Counted from the stretch's first letter, positions 36,981-47,218 are shown. The stretch: DNA of 64,000 nucleotides from Cyanophyceae cyanobacterium (GCA_050331735.1 JBHJGN010000020.1:46683-110682), one strand, 5' to 3'. The notes: a model not told the origin generated them from the letters alone. Translations and numbers: made by a program.

Positions 36981-37095
36981 GAATGACGGGTTGATGGTTG
37001 AGCAAACTATAACCACCGCGCTTGTGTAGCGGTGCTTTGGACGGCTGTTGATGGCAGCGTCTACGGCCTTTCCCGGGCCAGGGAGTTGCTAGAAG

Positions 37096-37731
37096 CTAGG
37101 CGGGGACTCGGCTTCTGACCTGGCTGACAAAATTAGACAGAATCTGTAGCCCATTCCGGGAAGATTTTTCTGGATGGAACTGAACAGCCACTAAGTTATC
37201 GCGGGCGATCGCCGCCGTCACCTGCTGAGTGCCGTGGGTAATGGTGGCTGCCTGGACATCAGGATGAATCGGCTCGACGTAGTACGAATGCACAAAATAG
37301 ACATAGGGAGCGGGAGAGAGCTGCTGCCACAGAGGGAGATGGGGCTGAGTGAGCTCTAGCTGATTCCAGCCCATGTGGGGAATGGTAAGACCTGGTTCTG
37401 AGCGAAAATGACGAACCATTCCCGGAATAATTCCCAATCCTGGTTCTGTCCCTTCTTCTGAGGCATCAAACAGAATCTGTAAGCCCAGGCAGATCCCGAG
37501 AAAAGGTTTACCGCTGGTGATCGCCTGTTTAATCGGAGCTTCTAGCTGGCGAGAGCGAATATGCTGTACGGCTGGGTCAAACGAGCCCACTCCGGGCAGG
37601 ACCACCGCATCGGCGTGAGCAATGTCGTGGGGGGAATCGGTAATTTTGGGGGTAGCTCCCGCTTGCTCGAGTCCTTTGCAGGCAGAGTGAAGATTGCCCA
37701 TATCATAGTCAATAACAGCAATAGCAGCCAT
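37096..37731 (-). CDS. hisH: imidazole glycerol phosphate synthase subunit HisH
   Basis: DYDMGNL, LPGVG, GICLG, PHMGWN, QFHPEKS. Confidence 0.97.
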   Translation of the reverse strand: MAAIAVIDYDMGNLHSACKGLEQAGATPKITDSPHDIAHADAVVLPGVGSFDPAVQHIRSRQLEAPIKQAITSGKPFLGICLGLQILFDASEEGTEPGLGIIPGMVRHFRSEPGLTIPHMGWNQLELTQPHLPLWQQLSPAPYVYFVHSYYVEPIHPDVQAATITHGTQQVTAAIARDNLVAVQFHPEKSSRNGLQILSNFVSQVRSRVPA

Positions 37732-37766
37732 CGCATCCTTCCTGTGACGTTCCTTCTCTATCTTAA

Positions 37767-38414
37767 ATGTCTCCGAAAATTCTGCTCACCTCTTTTCAAA
37801 CCTGGCTACCCCACCAGCCGTCTAACGCCTCTGACGATTTGCTCGTAATGGTTCAAGAACGCCTCCCTCAAACTACGTTCGTGCGACAGCTTCCAGTGGA
37901 TACCGCTAGAGCCAGCGAACGAGTGCTGGCCGCGATTGCAGACGTACAGCCCGAGATGGTGATTTGCTGCGGCATGGCGGAGTCTCGCTATCAGCTAACG
38001 GTCGAATCTCAGGCGACCTGGACCAGCGATCGCCTGTATACCTCTGTCGATCTAGAAGCGTTGGTTGATCGCTTGGTCAATACAGCCATCAGTCACGATG
38101 CCGGAAAGTTTGTTTGTGAAGGACTGTACTATCAGGTGTTGAAGCATCTCCCCTCCCACAGCCAGTGCGTGTTTGTTCACGTTCCGCTCTTGACGGCAAC
38201 TAACGTCCCAACAATTCTGACTGACTTCATCACGATCACAAAAGTCCCTCCGGGACGGGAAAGGGGGAAAGGGGAAAAAGTCCCTCCGGGACGGGAAAGG
38301 GGGAAAGGGGAAAAAGTCCCTCCGGGACGGGAAAGGGGGAAAGGGGAAGGGGAAAGGGGCAATCAGCTATTAACCATGAACAAAAAGAGGATGTTGCTAT
38401 CATTTCTCATTTAA
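37767..38414 (+). CDS. pyroglutamyl peptidase (C15) family protein with repeat-derived C-terminal extension
   Basis: ILLTSF, LPVD, catalytic E (VESQA), C (AGKFVCEG) and H (FVHVP). Confidence 0.85.
   Translation: MSPKILLTSFQTWLPHQPSNASDDLLVMVQERLPQTTFVRQLPVDTARASERVLAAIADVQPEMVICCGMAESRYQLTVESQATWTSDRLYTSVDLEALVDRLVNTAISHDAGKFVCEGLYYQVLKHLPSHSQCVFVHVPLLTATNVPTILTDFITITKVPPGRERGKGEKVPPGRERGKGEKVPPGRERGKGEGERGNQLLTMNKKRMLLSFLI
38241..38359 (+). repeat. three tandem 36-bp hairpin/G-run units
   Basis: GTCCCTCCGGGACGGGAAAGGGGGAAAGGGGAAAAA at 38244 and 38280, third copy from 38316. Confidence 0.95.
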
Positions 38415-40881
38415 GCAAAAACGATAGATTGTGCCAGGCTCTGAGTAAGTTGCCCTGCATTAGGGCGGCGATACCGCTGAGAGTTTTGATTTCAGGAGCA
38501 TCACTGAGAGCGAGGGCGGGTTGCAGGACTGCTTGTGCTGTATGGGGTTGCCAGTTGTATAGATAAACAAAAGCCAGATAGGCATAAGCATAGGGATTCT
38601 GGTCGTCGTGCTGAACGAGCTGTTGCAGCATGGCAATGGCTCCAGCAACATCCTGCTGCAAGACTCTTGAGAGGGCGATCGCATACATCCAGTCGAGTCG
38701 CGGCTGCTGTTGCAGGCGATGAGTTAGGGTTTGATTGGCTTGGACGAGGTAATCCTGAATCGGGTCGTACTGGTTGATGCGAGCCGTTTGCACAAAAATT
38801 GGCTCTAGTCCTGTTATTCCCGTCGCCATTTGAGGAGCGATGGATCGTAGCTGCGTCACTAAATCTAGCTCTGGGGCAGTCGGTGGAGACGCAGCCGGGT
38901 CAATGGTTAAACTCACGGGAGGAACGGCAATCGGGGTTGTGTCTCCGTCTCGGCTTAAGTAAGTCGCCTTCAGTACATACTTTCCCGCCTGTACCTCCTC
39001 GTCAGCAAGCATCGCTGTGCGTTCAATAACTTCAATAGATGTTGCTTCATCAGCAGAGTAAAGGGCTCCCAGGCCAACGCGGTGATCGTGCAGCCAAAAG
39101 GATTGCAGAGGCGTATCTGTTGATACCAACTCCCAGGTGAGTAGAACGAACCCGGACTGCAATTGCTGCCAGGGACCAGACCAGCGATAGGTAACGGGAA
39201 TCGGAACGCCGGGGGGCACTATTTTGGGAACGCTCACCTGCTCTAGCTGCAACTGAGTGGCCGTTGATGGCTTTACTTCAATAGTGGCTTGACGGCGACG
39301 GTATAGCTTTAACGTACTCCGGTCGGGAAGAGGCCAACTGTTCTGCAACTGAAAGTCAGCTCCCTCGGCTAACGCCACCATTACTGCCTGGGCTGCGGGA
39401 ACAGATCCCTGCTCGCCTGTTTTAGTTAAGAACCAGTCTAAGGAGCGAGCATCCTGCTCTACTTCTGGCTCGCGTACTCCCACCTGACGACCAACTACCT
39501 GAAAATTGTATTTTCCTCCGTAAAATGAGAAGTTATGCTGGTTGATCTGGGGCGTTGAGGGGAGAACGCCGAGGGTTGAGCGCAGAAAGGGAGACGTATT
39601 AATAATTTCGGTGACGACCTTCTGGTGGGGCAAGGGCTGACCGAGGTAAGCGGTGTGCTGTACTCTCGGGCTGAGCAGCTTCGTTAACGCTTGTCCTCCA
39701 AGGGGAAATAAATTAAGCACCATCAGCACCGTTGCTAACCCAATCGTCCCCACCTGTAGGAAGCGCCAGCGTCTCCAGCAAATCATGCCCACGGCTAAAA
39801 CTAAGGAGAGTGTTGGGAGCAAAGGCAATAGGTAGCGAGCATCTTTATTGACGTTTAACGACGATAGCAGATAGCCGCCGAGCAGAAATACCGCTAGCCA
39901 AGTCCAGCAGGAGAGCGCCTTTCTGCATTGAATGTTGATACCCTGATGGCGGATGAGGCGAATCAGTAACCCGACAATCGGAACGAGCAGCAGTACCCAG
40001 GAAAGCAGATAGGGTAATACTTCTCCGTAATAGGTCCAGGCTCTTAGGGTCGTCAGAGGCGGATCTCCTTCGGCGATCGCACTATCTAGAGTGGCTCGTT
40101 TTCCAGAGGTGAGAATCAGCAGCCAATTGGTGCGATACCAGGGAAAAAATACGCAAATCGACAAGCTTATCCCGGCGATCAGTTGAGCCAAACGATGCCA
40201 GTTTTTCGCTGTGATTGTTTCTCCGAGCACCCATATCGTCGGGATGAGTAGGAAAAAGAGGGCCGTCTGCTTTACCATCAAGGCTACCCCCAAGGAAAGC
40301 CCCCAAACAATAGCCAAAAACCAACTAAGAAGGGAGGAAGATCCAAGGACAGCATGTCGATTAATCCGGTGTCCAGTTGCTTTCCAAAGCGTCAGCAGGC
40401 AAAAACTGAAGGTGACCACTGCCGTTAGGGGATAGTCGAGGAGAAACTCTAGACGATAGCGATAGAGCCCTGGCAATACCTGACAAATGACCGCTGCCCA
40501 GACCCCAACTGCTACGTTGAATAAAACCGCGCCTAAACTATAGACAGAACCTAAGAGCAAAGCACTATAAAACAGCATCACCAGCATGGCGGCATCGGCA
40601 CTGGGACCAAACAGGTTCAGAAAAGGAACCGTCGAAATATAGGTAAGCGGCGGAATTTTGGGAGAAAGTAGCCACAGGTTGCGCCACCACTGGCTGTCTA
40701 ACCAGTGAGGCTCTTGTATAGCCTGCCAGTAGTTCAAGGCTCCGTTGAGATAGTCAGCCTGATCCCAGGCGGGAACCGAGCGATCTAAACTGAGCCAAAG
40801 GCGATCGCTCAATGCCCCAACTAACCAAATTACGCCGACGATTTTGAAACCTTGAATAAGAGTTAGTTGCCGCTGATTCAC
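38407..40881 (-). CDS. GT39/ArnT-like lipid-carrier-dependent glycosyltransferase with C-terminal TPR
   Basis: PAWDQADY, KIPPL, FLLDYPLT, many TM helices, RYLLPLLP. Confidence 0.85.
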   Translation of the reverse strand: MNQRQLTLIQGFKIVGVIWLVGALSDRLWLSLDRSVPAWDQADYLNGALNYWQAIQEPHWLDSQWWRNLWLLSPKIPPLTYISTVPFLNLFGPSADAAMLVMLFYSALLLGSVYSLGAVLFNVAVGVWAAVICQVLPGLYRYRLEFLLDYPLTAVVTFSFCLLTLWKATGHRINRHAVLGSSSLLSWFLAIVWGLSLGVALMVKQTALFFLLIPTIWVLGETITAKNWHRLAQLIAGISLSICVFFPWYRTNWLLILTSGKRATLDSAIAEGDPPLTTLRAWTYYGEVLPYLLSWVLLLVPIVGLLIRLIRHQGINIQCRKALSCWTWLAVFLLGGYLLSSLNVNKDARYLLPLLPTLSLVLAVGMICWRRWRFLQVGTIGLATVLMVLNLFPLGGQALTKLLSPRVQHTAYLGQPLPHQKVVTEIINTSPFLRSTLGVLPSTPQINQHNFSFYGGKYNFQVVGRQVGVREPEVEQDARSLDWFLTKTGEQGSVPAAQAVMVALAEGADFQLQNSWPLPDRSTLKLYRRRQATIEVKPSTATQLQLEQVSVPKIVPPGVPIPVTYRWSGPWQQLQSGFVLLTWELVSTDTPLQSFWLHDHRVGLGALYSADEATSIEVIERTAMLADEEVQAGKYVLKATYLSRDGDTTPIAVPPVSLTIDPAASPPTAPELDLVTQLRSIAPQMATGITGLEPIFVQTARINQYDPIQDYLVQANQTLTHRLQQQPRLDWMYAIALSRVLQQDVAGAIAMLQQLVQHDDQNPYAYAYLAFVYLYNWQPHTAQAVLQPALALSDAPEIKTLSGIAALMQGNLLRAWHNLSFLLK

Positions 40882-41069
40882 CGCTTGTTGCTGATAGCCT
40901 AAGTCTTACAGAAATTGGCGTGAGTCCTAGAAAGAGTTGTCTGGTTGACCAAGGGAAAAGATTCCGCAGGCTTGCAGGAGCCTCACTAATCCGTCAGTAG
41001 TATCAGGCTAACAAAGAGAGACAATGTGAGTAACCTCAAACAAGACGGTTGGATGCTCTCTACCGTTAG

Positions 41070-42020
41070 CTAGAGAAAGAGATCATTGAGCTTCATGCAT
41101 GAGATTAGATTTGGCAAAACGCTGTCGTGTAAATCTCGCGCCAGACGCTCCTGCTCGCGCGCTTGAGCCTCCAACACCTGCTTTTCTAAGCGCCGCCGCT
41201 GGGTCACATCTCGCTGCGATGCGACCCAGTAAATAACGTTTTCCTCCTCATCTTGAAGCGACGCAATCTTCCACTCGAGAATGAACGGCTGACCGTCCTT
41301 GCGGTAGTTAATCGTTTCGGCACTAAAGCTCCCGGTTTTCAGTAAACTCTGGCGCAGCCGCCCCAAGACTGAGGGATCGGTCATCGGTCCTTGCAGAATT
41401 CGCGGTGTCTTTCCTAACACCTCGTCGCGCTCGTAGCCCGTCATTTCTGTGAAGGCTTGGTTAACGTAGATGATTTTGGGACCGCCGACTGCTAGCTCTA
41501 GTTCGGGTTCTGTAATCACTATGATGTCGTTGGCTTTCTCGATGGCAGTTTCCAAAAGCCTCTGGTGTGCTTCAGCCTGTGCTAACTGCGTTGTGTCCTC
41601 GGCGATGTAGCAGCAACGAGGCGTTGAGTGCGACGACCCCTCGATGAAGTGAACCGTCACGCGCAGATGCCGTCGCTCTAGCTCGCACTTAAACTGGACT
41701 GAATGCTGTTCTGCTAGACTTTGCCAAAAAGCTTGCTGCCACTGCTGACTCACTGGTTCTGGAACATTCAATTCTGCCAGCGTCTTGCCCTTGGCCTCTG
41801 CCTCGGTCGTCCTGAAGAAGGAGGCAGCTTGGGGATTGAGGGCGATGTGACGCGCAGGCTCCTTCAGCTCCACAATTCCTAACAAGACAGGAGCTGCCCG
41901 AAAAAAGCTACTGAGCGCGTGATCGCTTTCCTGCTGAGTGAGTTCCCGTTCGCTGAGGTGGTTCGGTACGTCGTCGCCAGTAATCAGTTCGTTCTCCACA
42001 AGCTTGGTTTTAAGACTCAT
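41070..42020 (-). pseudogene. PAS-PAS sensor truncated just after a HisKA_3 H-box (likely histidine kinase remnant)
   Basis: Two PAS/PAC domains then EQERLARDLHDSV; stop about 15 codons later; no HATPase domain downstream. Confidence 0.7.
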
Positions 42021-42376
42021 TGTAATAATTTTAACTGTTTAAACAGGTTCTTTCTGTACGGAAAGCGTCAGGTTACTAAGGATGGTTTCGTACGGAAGGC
42101 AATGCTGACTGATGTTACTGTAAAAGCAGGTTAAAAACTCTTTAAAAATACCTTCGAGCGGTCAACCTTTTGAGATTCTCTCAAAACTACTCGGCGAGCA
42201 TTCAAACTTTTCATTTTTGATTAACACCATAAATAGTGGGTTTAGAAATCCAGGCTTAATAAAATTATCAACAATAAATTTTTCTGTTTCTGTAACGCAT
42301 TTTTTAGGAAAAAGATGATTTGTCTCCTGCTAAAACCTAGCTTGATTGGAGCCAAGATTTTAGAAAACTAGCTTTT

Positions 42377-42583
42377 GTGAATCAAAAAAGCCGGCAACTA
42401 TACTCGGTTTATTTAACCGACTCAGCCGTGGAGTTACGTTGCGAAGAACACGTCGATCGTGAAGCAGGGCGGTTAGTTTGTAGCAAATTTAACTATCAAA
42501 GTATACTTAAATTTGCTATTAATTTAGCCAAGCATAAACAGTGTCCTTTCTCAAACTCTGTATTGCCTGAAGCTCAGAGTTAG
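42377..42583 (+). CDS. small hypothetical protein
   Basis: 68-aa ORF leading the receiver-Crp-receiver run. Confidence 0.45.
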   Translation: MNQKSRQLYSVYLTDSAVELRCEEHVDREAGRLVCSKFNYQSILKFAINLAKHKQCPFSNSVLPEAQS

Positions 42584-42620
42584 TTTGTTGAATTTATGAA
42601 GGAGGAACCATTTATTAGCT

Positions 42621-43022
42621 ATGAATTACGAACTGCTACCGCTTAGTGGGCTGCGAGTGCTAGTTGTTGATAATCACTGCGACAGTAGAGACTTGCTGAA
42701 AATAATCTTTGAAGTCTACGGCATGACGGTAATGATGGCAGCCTCAGCAGGTGAGGCTCTCAAAATTCTTCAACAAGACACAATTGACCTTCTCGTTAGC
42801 GAAGTTCGTTTACCCAACGAAGATGGCTACTCGCTGATGCGCCAGGTGAAAGCCAAAGTGGCGCGACGAGTTCCGGCGATCGCTCTGACAACTTGTGCGA
42901 GAGAATGCGATCGCTATCGTTCTCTGGCAGTCGGCTTTGATTATCACTTAACCAAACCGATTGAGATTGACGACTTAATGGCAACCGTTACCGAGCTAGC
43001 GAAAAAGCTACTGGTGGCTTAA
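42621..43022 (+). CDS. single-domain response regulator receiver (phosphoacceptor Asp appears to be Glu)
   Basis: LRVLVVDN, DLLVSEVRLPNEDGY, AIALT, HLTKP. Confidence 0.88.
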   Translation: MNYELLPLSGLRVLVVDNHCDSRDLLKIIFEVYGMTVMMAASAGEALKILQQDTIDLLVSEVRLPNEDGYSLMRQVKAKVARRVPAIALTTCARECDRYRSLAVGFDYHLTKPIEIDDLMATVTELAKKLLVA

Positions 43023-43067
43023 CCTGGGTACGCTGGCGTGCAACCTCTACACCTTGCTTGAGCTAAA

Positions 43068-43838
43068 ATGCTCTCAGAAACAATCAGGGTGTTGCTTCAA
43101 AAAGCTGTGACGAATTCTTTAGAACCTTCCTGGGAGCGCCAAAATCGCTTGCTTAACCTTTTTTCTGACAGCCTGTACGAGCGGCTTGCCCCCCAGCTAA
43201 CACCAGTCTCCCTCTCTCAAGGAACAATCCTTCACTATCCCGGCGAAACAATTCACGATCTCTATTTTCCGATCGATTGCCTGATCTCGATTACTACCAC
43301 CATGAAAGATGGCAGTACAGCAGAGACAGGTTTAGTCGGCAATCGGGAAATCGTTGGCATCAATGCTTTTATGGGTGGTCGAGAAACGACCCAGACTGAA
43401 TATGTTGTTCAGATTGCTGGCAGAGCCATCAAGATAGCTGCGTCGCTGATGCGCAAAGAGTTTGAGAACAATAAAGAGCTGCGCGACTTGATGTTGCGCT
43501 ACACCCAAGCGCTAATTGCGCAAATTTTCCAAACTACTGCCTGCAACCGCCTCCATTTTCTCGAGCAGCGTTTGGCACGCTGGCTGCCTGAGGCGCAAGA
43601 TCGGATTGATTTAAACGAGCTGAAGCTGACGCAGGAGTTTATCTCTCACATGCTGGGCGTGCGCCGCGCTGGCGTTACCCAAGCCGCCCAGCAGCTTCAG
43701 GAGCTAGGATACATTAACTATAATCGCGGACGCATTCAGATCCTCGATCAGCAGGGCTTAGAAGAAACAGCGTGCGAGTGTTTTCTGGTCGTCAGAGACG
43801 AATACGATCGCCTGCTTGGAGATAAGTGCAGAAGCTAG
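43068..43838 (+). CDS. Crp/Fnr family transcriptional regulator
   Basis: cNMP-binding fold then ACNRLH..EQRLARW, LTQEFISHMLGVRRAGVT HTH, ACEC. Confidence 0.93.
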   Translation: MLSETIRVLLQKAVTNSLEPSWERQNRLLNLFSDSLYERLAPQLTPVSLSQGTILHYPGETIHDLYFPIDCLISITTTMKDGSTAETGLVGNREIVGINAFMGGRETTQTEYVVQIAGRAIKIAASLMRKEFENNKELRDLMLRYTQALIAQIFQTTACNRLHFLEQRLARWLPEAQDRIDLNELKLTQEFISHMLGVRRAGVTQAAQQLQELGYINYNRGRIQILDQQGLEETACECFLVVRDEYDRLLGDKCRS

Positions 43839-43962
43839 ACCGGTTTTCTGGTACTTTTCCTGTCAGCAGAGTACAATTACCTAACTCTACACTGAGAGAA
43901 AACAAGGCAATTCTTGTCGGCAGGACTCACCTTTCTATCAAGCAACGAGGTCACTGTTAGCC

Positions 43963-44370
43963 GTGGTAGACAGAAAAACTGTGAAAAAAACGATAACAAT
44001 TTTGCTGGTTGAGTCTGATGATGAGGCGCGCAGGCTTTTTAAAACCAATCTGAGCAATTGGGGTTATCGCGTCGTTGCCACGTTAGACGAAGAAGACGCT
44101 ATTGAACGGGCGATCGGCAGAGGCGATCGCCCAGATATCATTTTGATCAACCAGGTTGGGATATCGCTAGAAGAAACAAGGAACATGGTGCAGCGTATCT
44201 GCGAGCAAGCAGAGATTCCGAGCAGCACTCCAGTGGTGATCCTGGCTGAGCAGTATGGAGCAGATCTTGAAGGGAGAGATACTCAGGTCGGAGAGAACGA
44301 GTATATATCTTATCTTGAGGATGGGCAGCAATTGCTGAACCTTCTTGAATTTCTCTGCGGCGATAGGTAA
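43963..44370 (+). CDS. atypical receiver-domain protein
   Basis: ILLVESDDEAR...GYRV...PDIILINQ (Asn at the Asp position). Confidence 0.75.
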   Translation: MVDRKTVKKTITILLVESDDEARRLFKTNLSNWGYRVVATLDEEDAIERAIGRGDRPDIILINQVGISLEETRNMVQRICEQAEIPSSTPVVILAEQYGADLEGRDTQVGENEYISYLEDGQQLLNLLEFLCGDR

Positions 44371-44687
44371 TACCATTTACCGAAAGTAGTGAGATAGTTC
44401 TCCTCACTAACAAAGAGTTGGCTCTTAAAAGGGAAAGGCTTGCTGTGTTTACCTTTGCCCCTTACCCTTTCCCCTTTTCCCCAACGGCTCAAGTCTCTCA
44501 TGTCTTTTTCTAATTGGTATTAATTACCTCTAGGATGGCTAATCAACCGTAGATCCTAGGATCAGCAATTCTCAGTTCGGCAAAGTACTTTAGTAATAAT
44601 CCGCAATCTAGTTAACGAGTGAGCGAGTTTATCCTTTTTCCTGCTTTCAGTAGCTGATCTCACCTTTTTGATAGACCCGCTGGAAAT

Positions 44688-45371
44688 CTAGACCGCAGAG
44701 AGTTGCTCGACCTTTTCTTCGAGAGACTGCATCAGAGACTGGTAAGGCTGCACAAATTTGTCAATACCTTCCGCTAGTAAATGAACTACCCCGCCCTGCC
44801 TGACGGCTGAGGACAGAGTTTCTGACGCTTCAACATCCCTAGTTGTCTCATGCTTCCGCAGGAGTTCTGTCATGATCTCATCCAAATTAATGTTAATGTC
44901 TGGGTCTTTGAGACTAGCCAGTAAGTGCTCGGCTTCTGCCACTCCCGATTCAAGCCGATTGGAGGCAACATTGCAGTGGTCAGCACAGGCTTCTAGGGTC
45001 ATCAGAGGCATAGTATTGACGGTCATTGGACCAATCAACTCATTAACGTACATGACATCGCTGTACTAAGGATTTTTGGTGCTGGTACTCGCCCAGAGAA
45101 GACGCTGCACGTTAGCTCCCCGGTCTGCTAGGGTCTGCCAGCGATCGCTGCTGATGATCGCTTTGAATTTTTGATACGCTACCTTGGCTTTGGCGATCGC
45201 CACCTTGCCTGCGAGATTTTCTAAACGAGCTTCTTCTCCTAGCGTTTCGGTCCCAACGCTTTTCAGTCTTTTTTCAATCTGCTGGTCAACTTTAGAATGG
45301 ATGCGGCTGAGGAAGAAACTAGCAACAGAGGCAATGCGATTAATAGACTCACCTTTTGCTAGGCGTGCTTC
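44688..45371 (-). pseudogene. tal: transaldolase (type 2) C-terminal half with in-frame stop
   Basis: EARLAKG..IASVASFFLSRI...LAGKVAIA...QRLLWASTSTKNP*YSDVMYV..LIGPMTVNTMP; TAG at 45066-45068; N-terminal half missing. Confidence 0.88.
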
Positions 45372-45499
45372 TGTAAATCTGTCCCGCAGATGGCGCTGGC
45401 AGTCAGCTTGACAATGACATCGTTAGGTTTTTGAAGTTTGGGGTCTAATACGTCATCGAGGCGAATATCTCCAACTCCGTGAAAAACAACAGCCTGCAT
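45372..45499 (-). pseudogene. N-terminal fragment of Zn-dependent alcohol/formaldehyde dehydrogenase
   Basis: AGGAG SD then MQAVVFHGVGDIRLDDVLDPKLQKPNDVIVKLTASAICGTDL, cut off directly against tal sequence. Confidence 0.85.
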
Positions 45500-46171
45500 G
45501 GTTAAATTAATTCTCCTTTTCGGTCTCGTTAGCTCCAAGGGGCACTCAAAGTTCTGGCACATCTGCTGTCCGTCAAGCTCAAGCCACTTTCACGCAGCAT
45601 AGACGCAGGCAACTGCGACTTTGGCAACGAGGTTTTCAGATTTACTCACGCAGCTTATTACACGAATTGTATTGTTTTTCTCTATCTAAAGAACGAGCTT
45701 TTACCATTACTTGAATTGAACAAAAACTATGTACGAATTCGTGTAGACAGGTGCTGTTTTTAGCAGCAATGCTTCTGTCTTTTCGGCATAAAAGTATTTT
45801 TTAAACTGAATAAAAAAGATCGATGAGTTTTTCATGGACCTTTTTCAGTTTATTTCCGGATTTTTGGCCAAGTCTGCCAAAGATTAATATCTTGATTGTT
45901 TAACTTGTTAGGTGTCGGCCATCAATTTAACTTTAACTGGCTTGATTGCCTCTCCCCTCAGAAAGAGAAAGTGACTGAAATCTTTTTCTAAGGTTTAAAA
46001 ACAATTTAAGCATCGTTGATAACAACTTTAATTTTTTGTAGAAGAGGCTAACGTTAATCGAAGCTGAGTCGGCTAAATTCAGTGAGTAACGAAGCTTTGA
46101 TAAACTGAGCGCGAATTTGAAGGGAGTTAACGGAGCAGCAAGCACTGGCAAATCCCACAGGAGAACTAAAC

Positions 46172-47218
46172 ATGGTAACTACATTGAACGATCCCAAGCG
46201 GCTAGCAATCGCCCAAAAATTGGCAGATCTAAAAACCACTCAAGATCTAGTCATTGCCAACGAGCAAAAACTCATTGAGGACTGCCCCGAGCCGGAGATT
46301 CGTGAGCGTCTTCAAAGTATGCTTGAAGATGATCGCAAAAACCGAGGCGTTTTAGAGACCGTCATTGTGGAGTACGGTATTCAGTCTGACCCCAACGACA
46401 TGACCCAGAAGTTTGTGGAGCAGTCTGAGCAAATGATGTCTAAGGATCAGTTAACGTACTATCAGAAACTCGCTCAGCATGAGCTGCTCAAGCACGGTCA
46501 GACGATGAATGGCATCGTCATTCACAAAGCCGCTCAGGTCGTCGGGGCTGATATTGAAGTGGCCATTGCTCCTTTGAATACGGTCAACTTCGAGAATCGC
46601 GCTCATCAAGAACAGCTTAAGGGCATGCTCGAACAAATTGGGGTCCGCGAACTGACAGGTCAAGAAGCAGAGCAAGGACTGTGGGCACGAGTGCAAGATG
46701 TGATCGCTGCCTTTTCAGGAGTCGCTGGCAGCGCGATTACCCAAAATACCGACAAACAGGATCTCAACATCGAGACCCTCATTCGCCTAGATCACAATAA
46801 AGTCAATACTATCTTCACGGAAATTGGCGCGACCAAAGAGCCTTACAAGCTGCAAGAGTACTTTGGGCAGCTCTATAAAGATTTGTTAGCCCACGCTCAA
46901 GCCGAAGAAGCGGTGGTCTATCCGCAAATTCGACCTTTCTACGGCGATGATGATACTCAAGAACTGTATGATGAGCAAGCGCAAATGAAGCAGATGCTCG
47001 ATGTAATTCAATCTATCGCTCCGGCTGACGCTGACCAGTTCCGCTCAAAAATCAAAGATCTGATGGATGTGGTGGATGACCACATTCGTCAAGAAGAGAG
47101 CACGATGTTTGCAGCGATCGATAATCATTGCAGTGAGGAACAGAAAGAGCAAATGGCAACTGACTTTAAGGCTGTTAAGAGCAAGCTTCAGCAAGATATG
47201 GTTGCCTCTGGGCAATAG
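46172..47218 (+). CDS. ferritin-like + hemerythrin HHE domain protein
   Basis: IRLDHNKV, AHAQAEEAVVYP, DHIRQEESTMF HHE motifs; AGGAG SD. Confidence 0.85.
   Translation: MVTTLNDPKRLAIAQKLADLKTTQDLVIANEQKLIEDCPEPEIRERLQSMLEDDRKNRGVLETVIVEYGIQSDPNDMTQKFVEQSEQMMSKDQLTYYQKLAQHELLKHGQTMNGIVIHKAAQVVGADIEVAIAPLNTVNFENRAHQEQLKGMLEQIGVRELTGQEAEQGLWARVQDVIAAFSGVAGSAITQNTDKQDLNIETLIRLDHNKVNTIFTEIGATKEPYKLQEYFGQLYKDLLAHAQAEEAVVYPQIRPFYGDDDTQELYDEQAQMKQMLDVIQSIAPADADQFRSKIKDLMDVVDDHIRQEESTMFAAIDNHCSEEQKEQMATDFKAVKSKLQQDMVASGQ

Noticed and set aside
38244..38351. 36-bp direct repeats with an internal palindrome as a CRISPR array
   Set aside because: Units abut with no unique spacers and there are no cas genes; it is a tandem amplification
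41200..41530. Second PAS domain as a LOV photoreceptor
   Set aside because: The motif is GKTPRILQG, lacking the Cys of GxNCRFLQG
45066..45068. In-frame TAG in transaldolase as pyrrolysine or programmed read-through
   Set aside because: The gene also lacks its N-terminal half and start, so a nonsense mutation in a pseudogene is simpler
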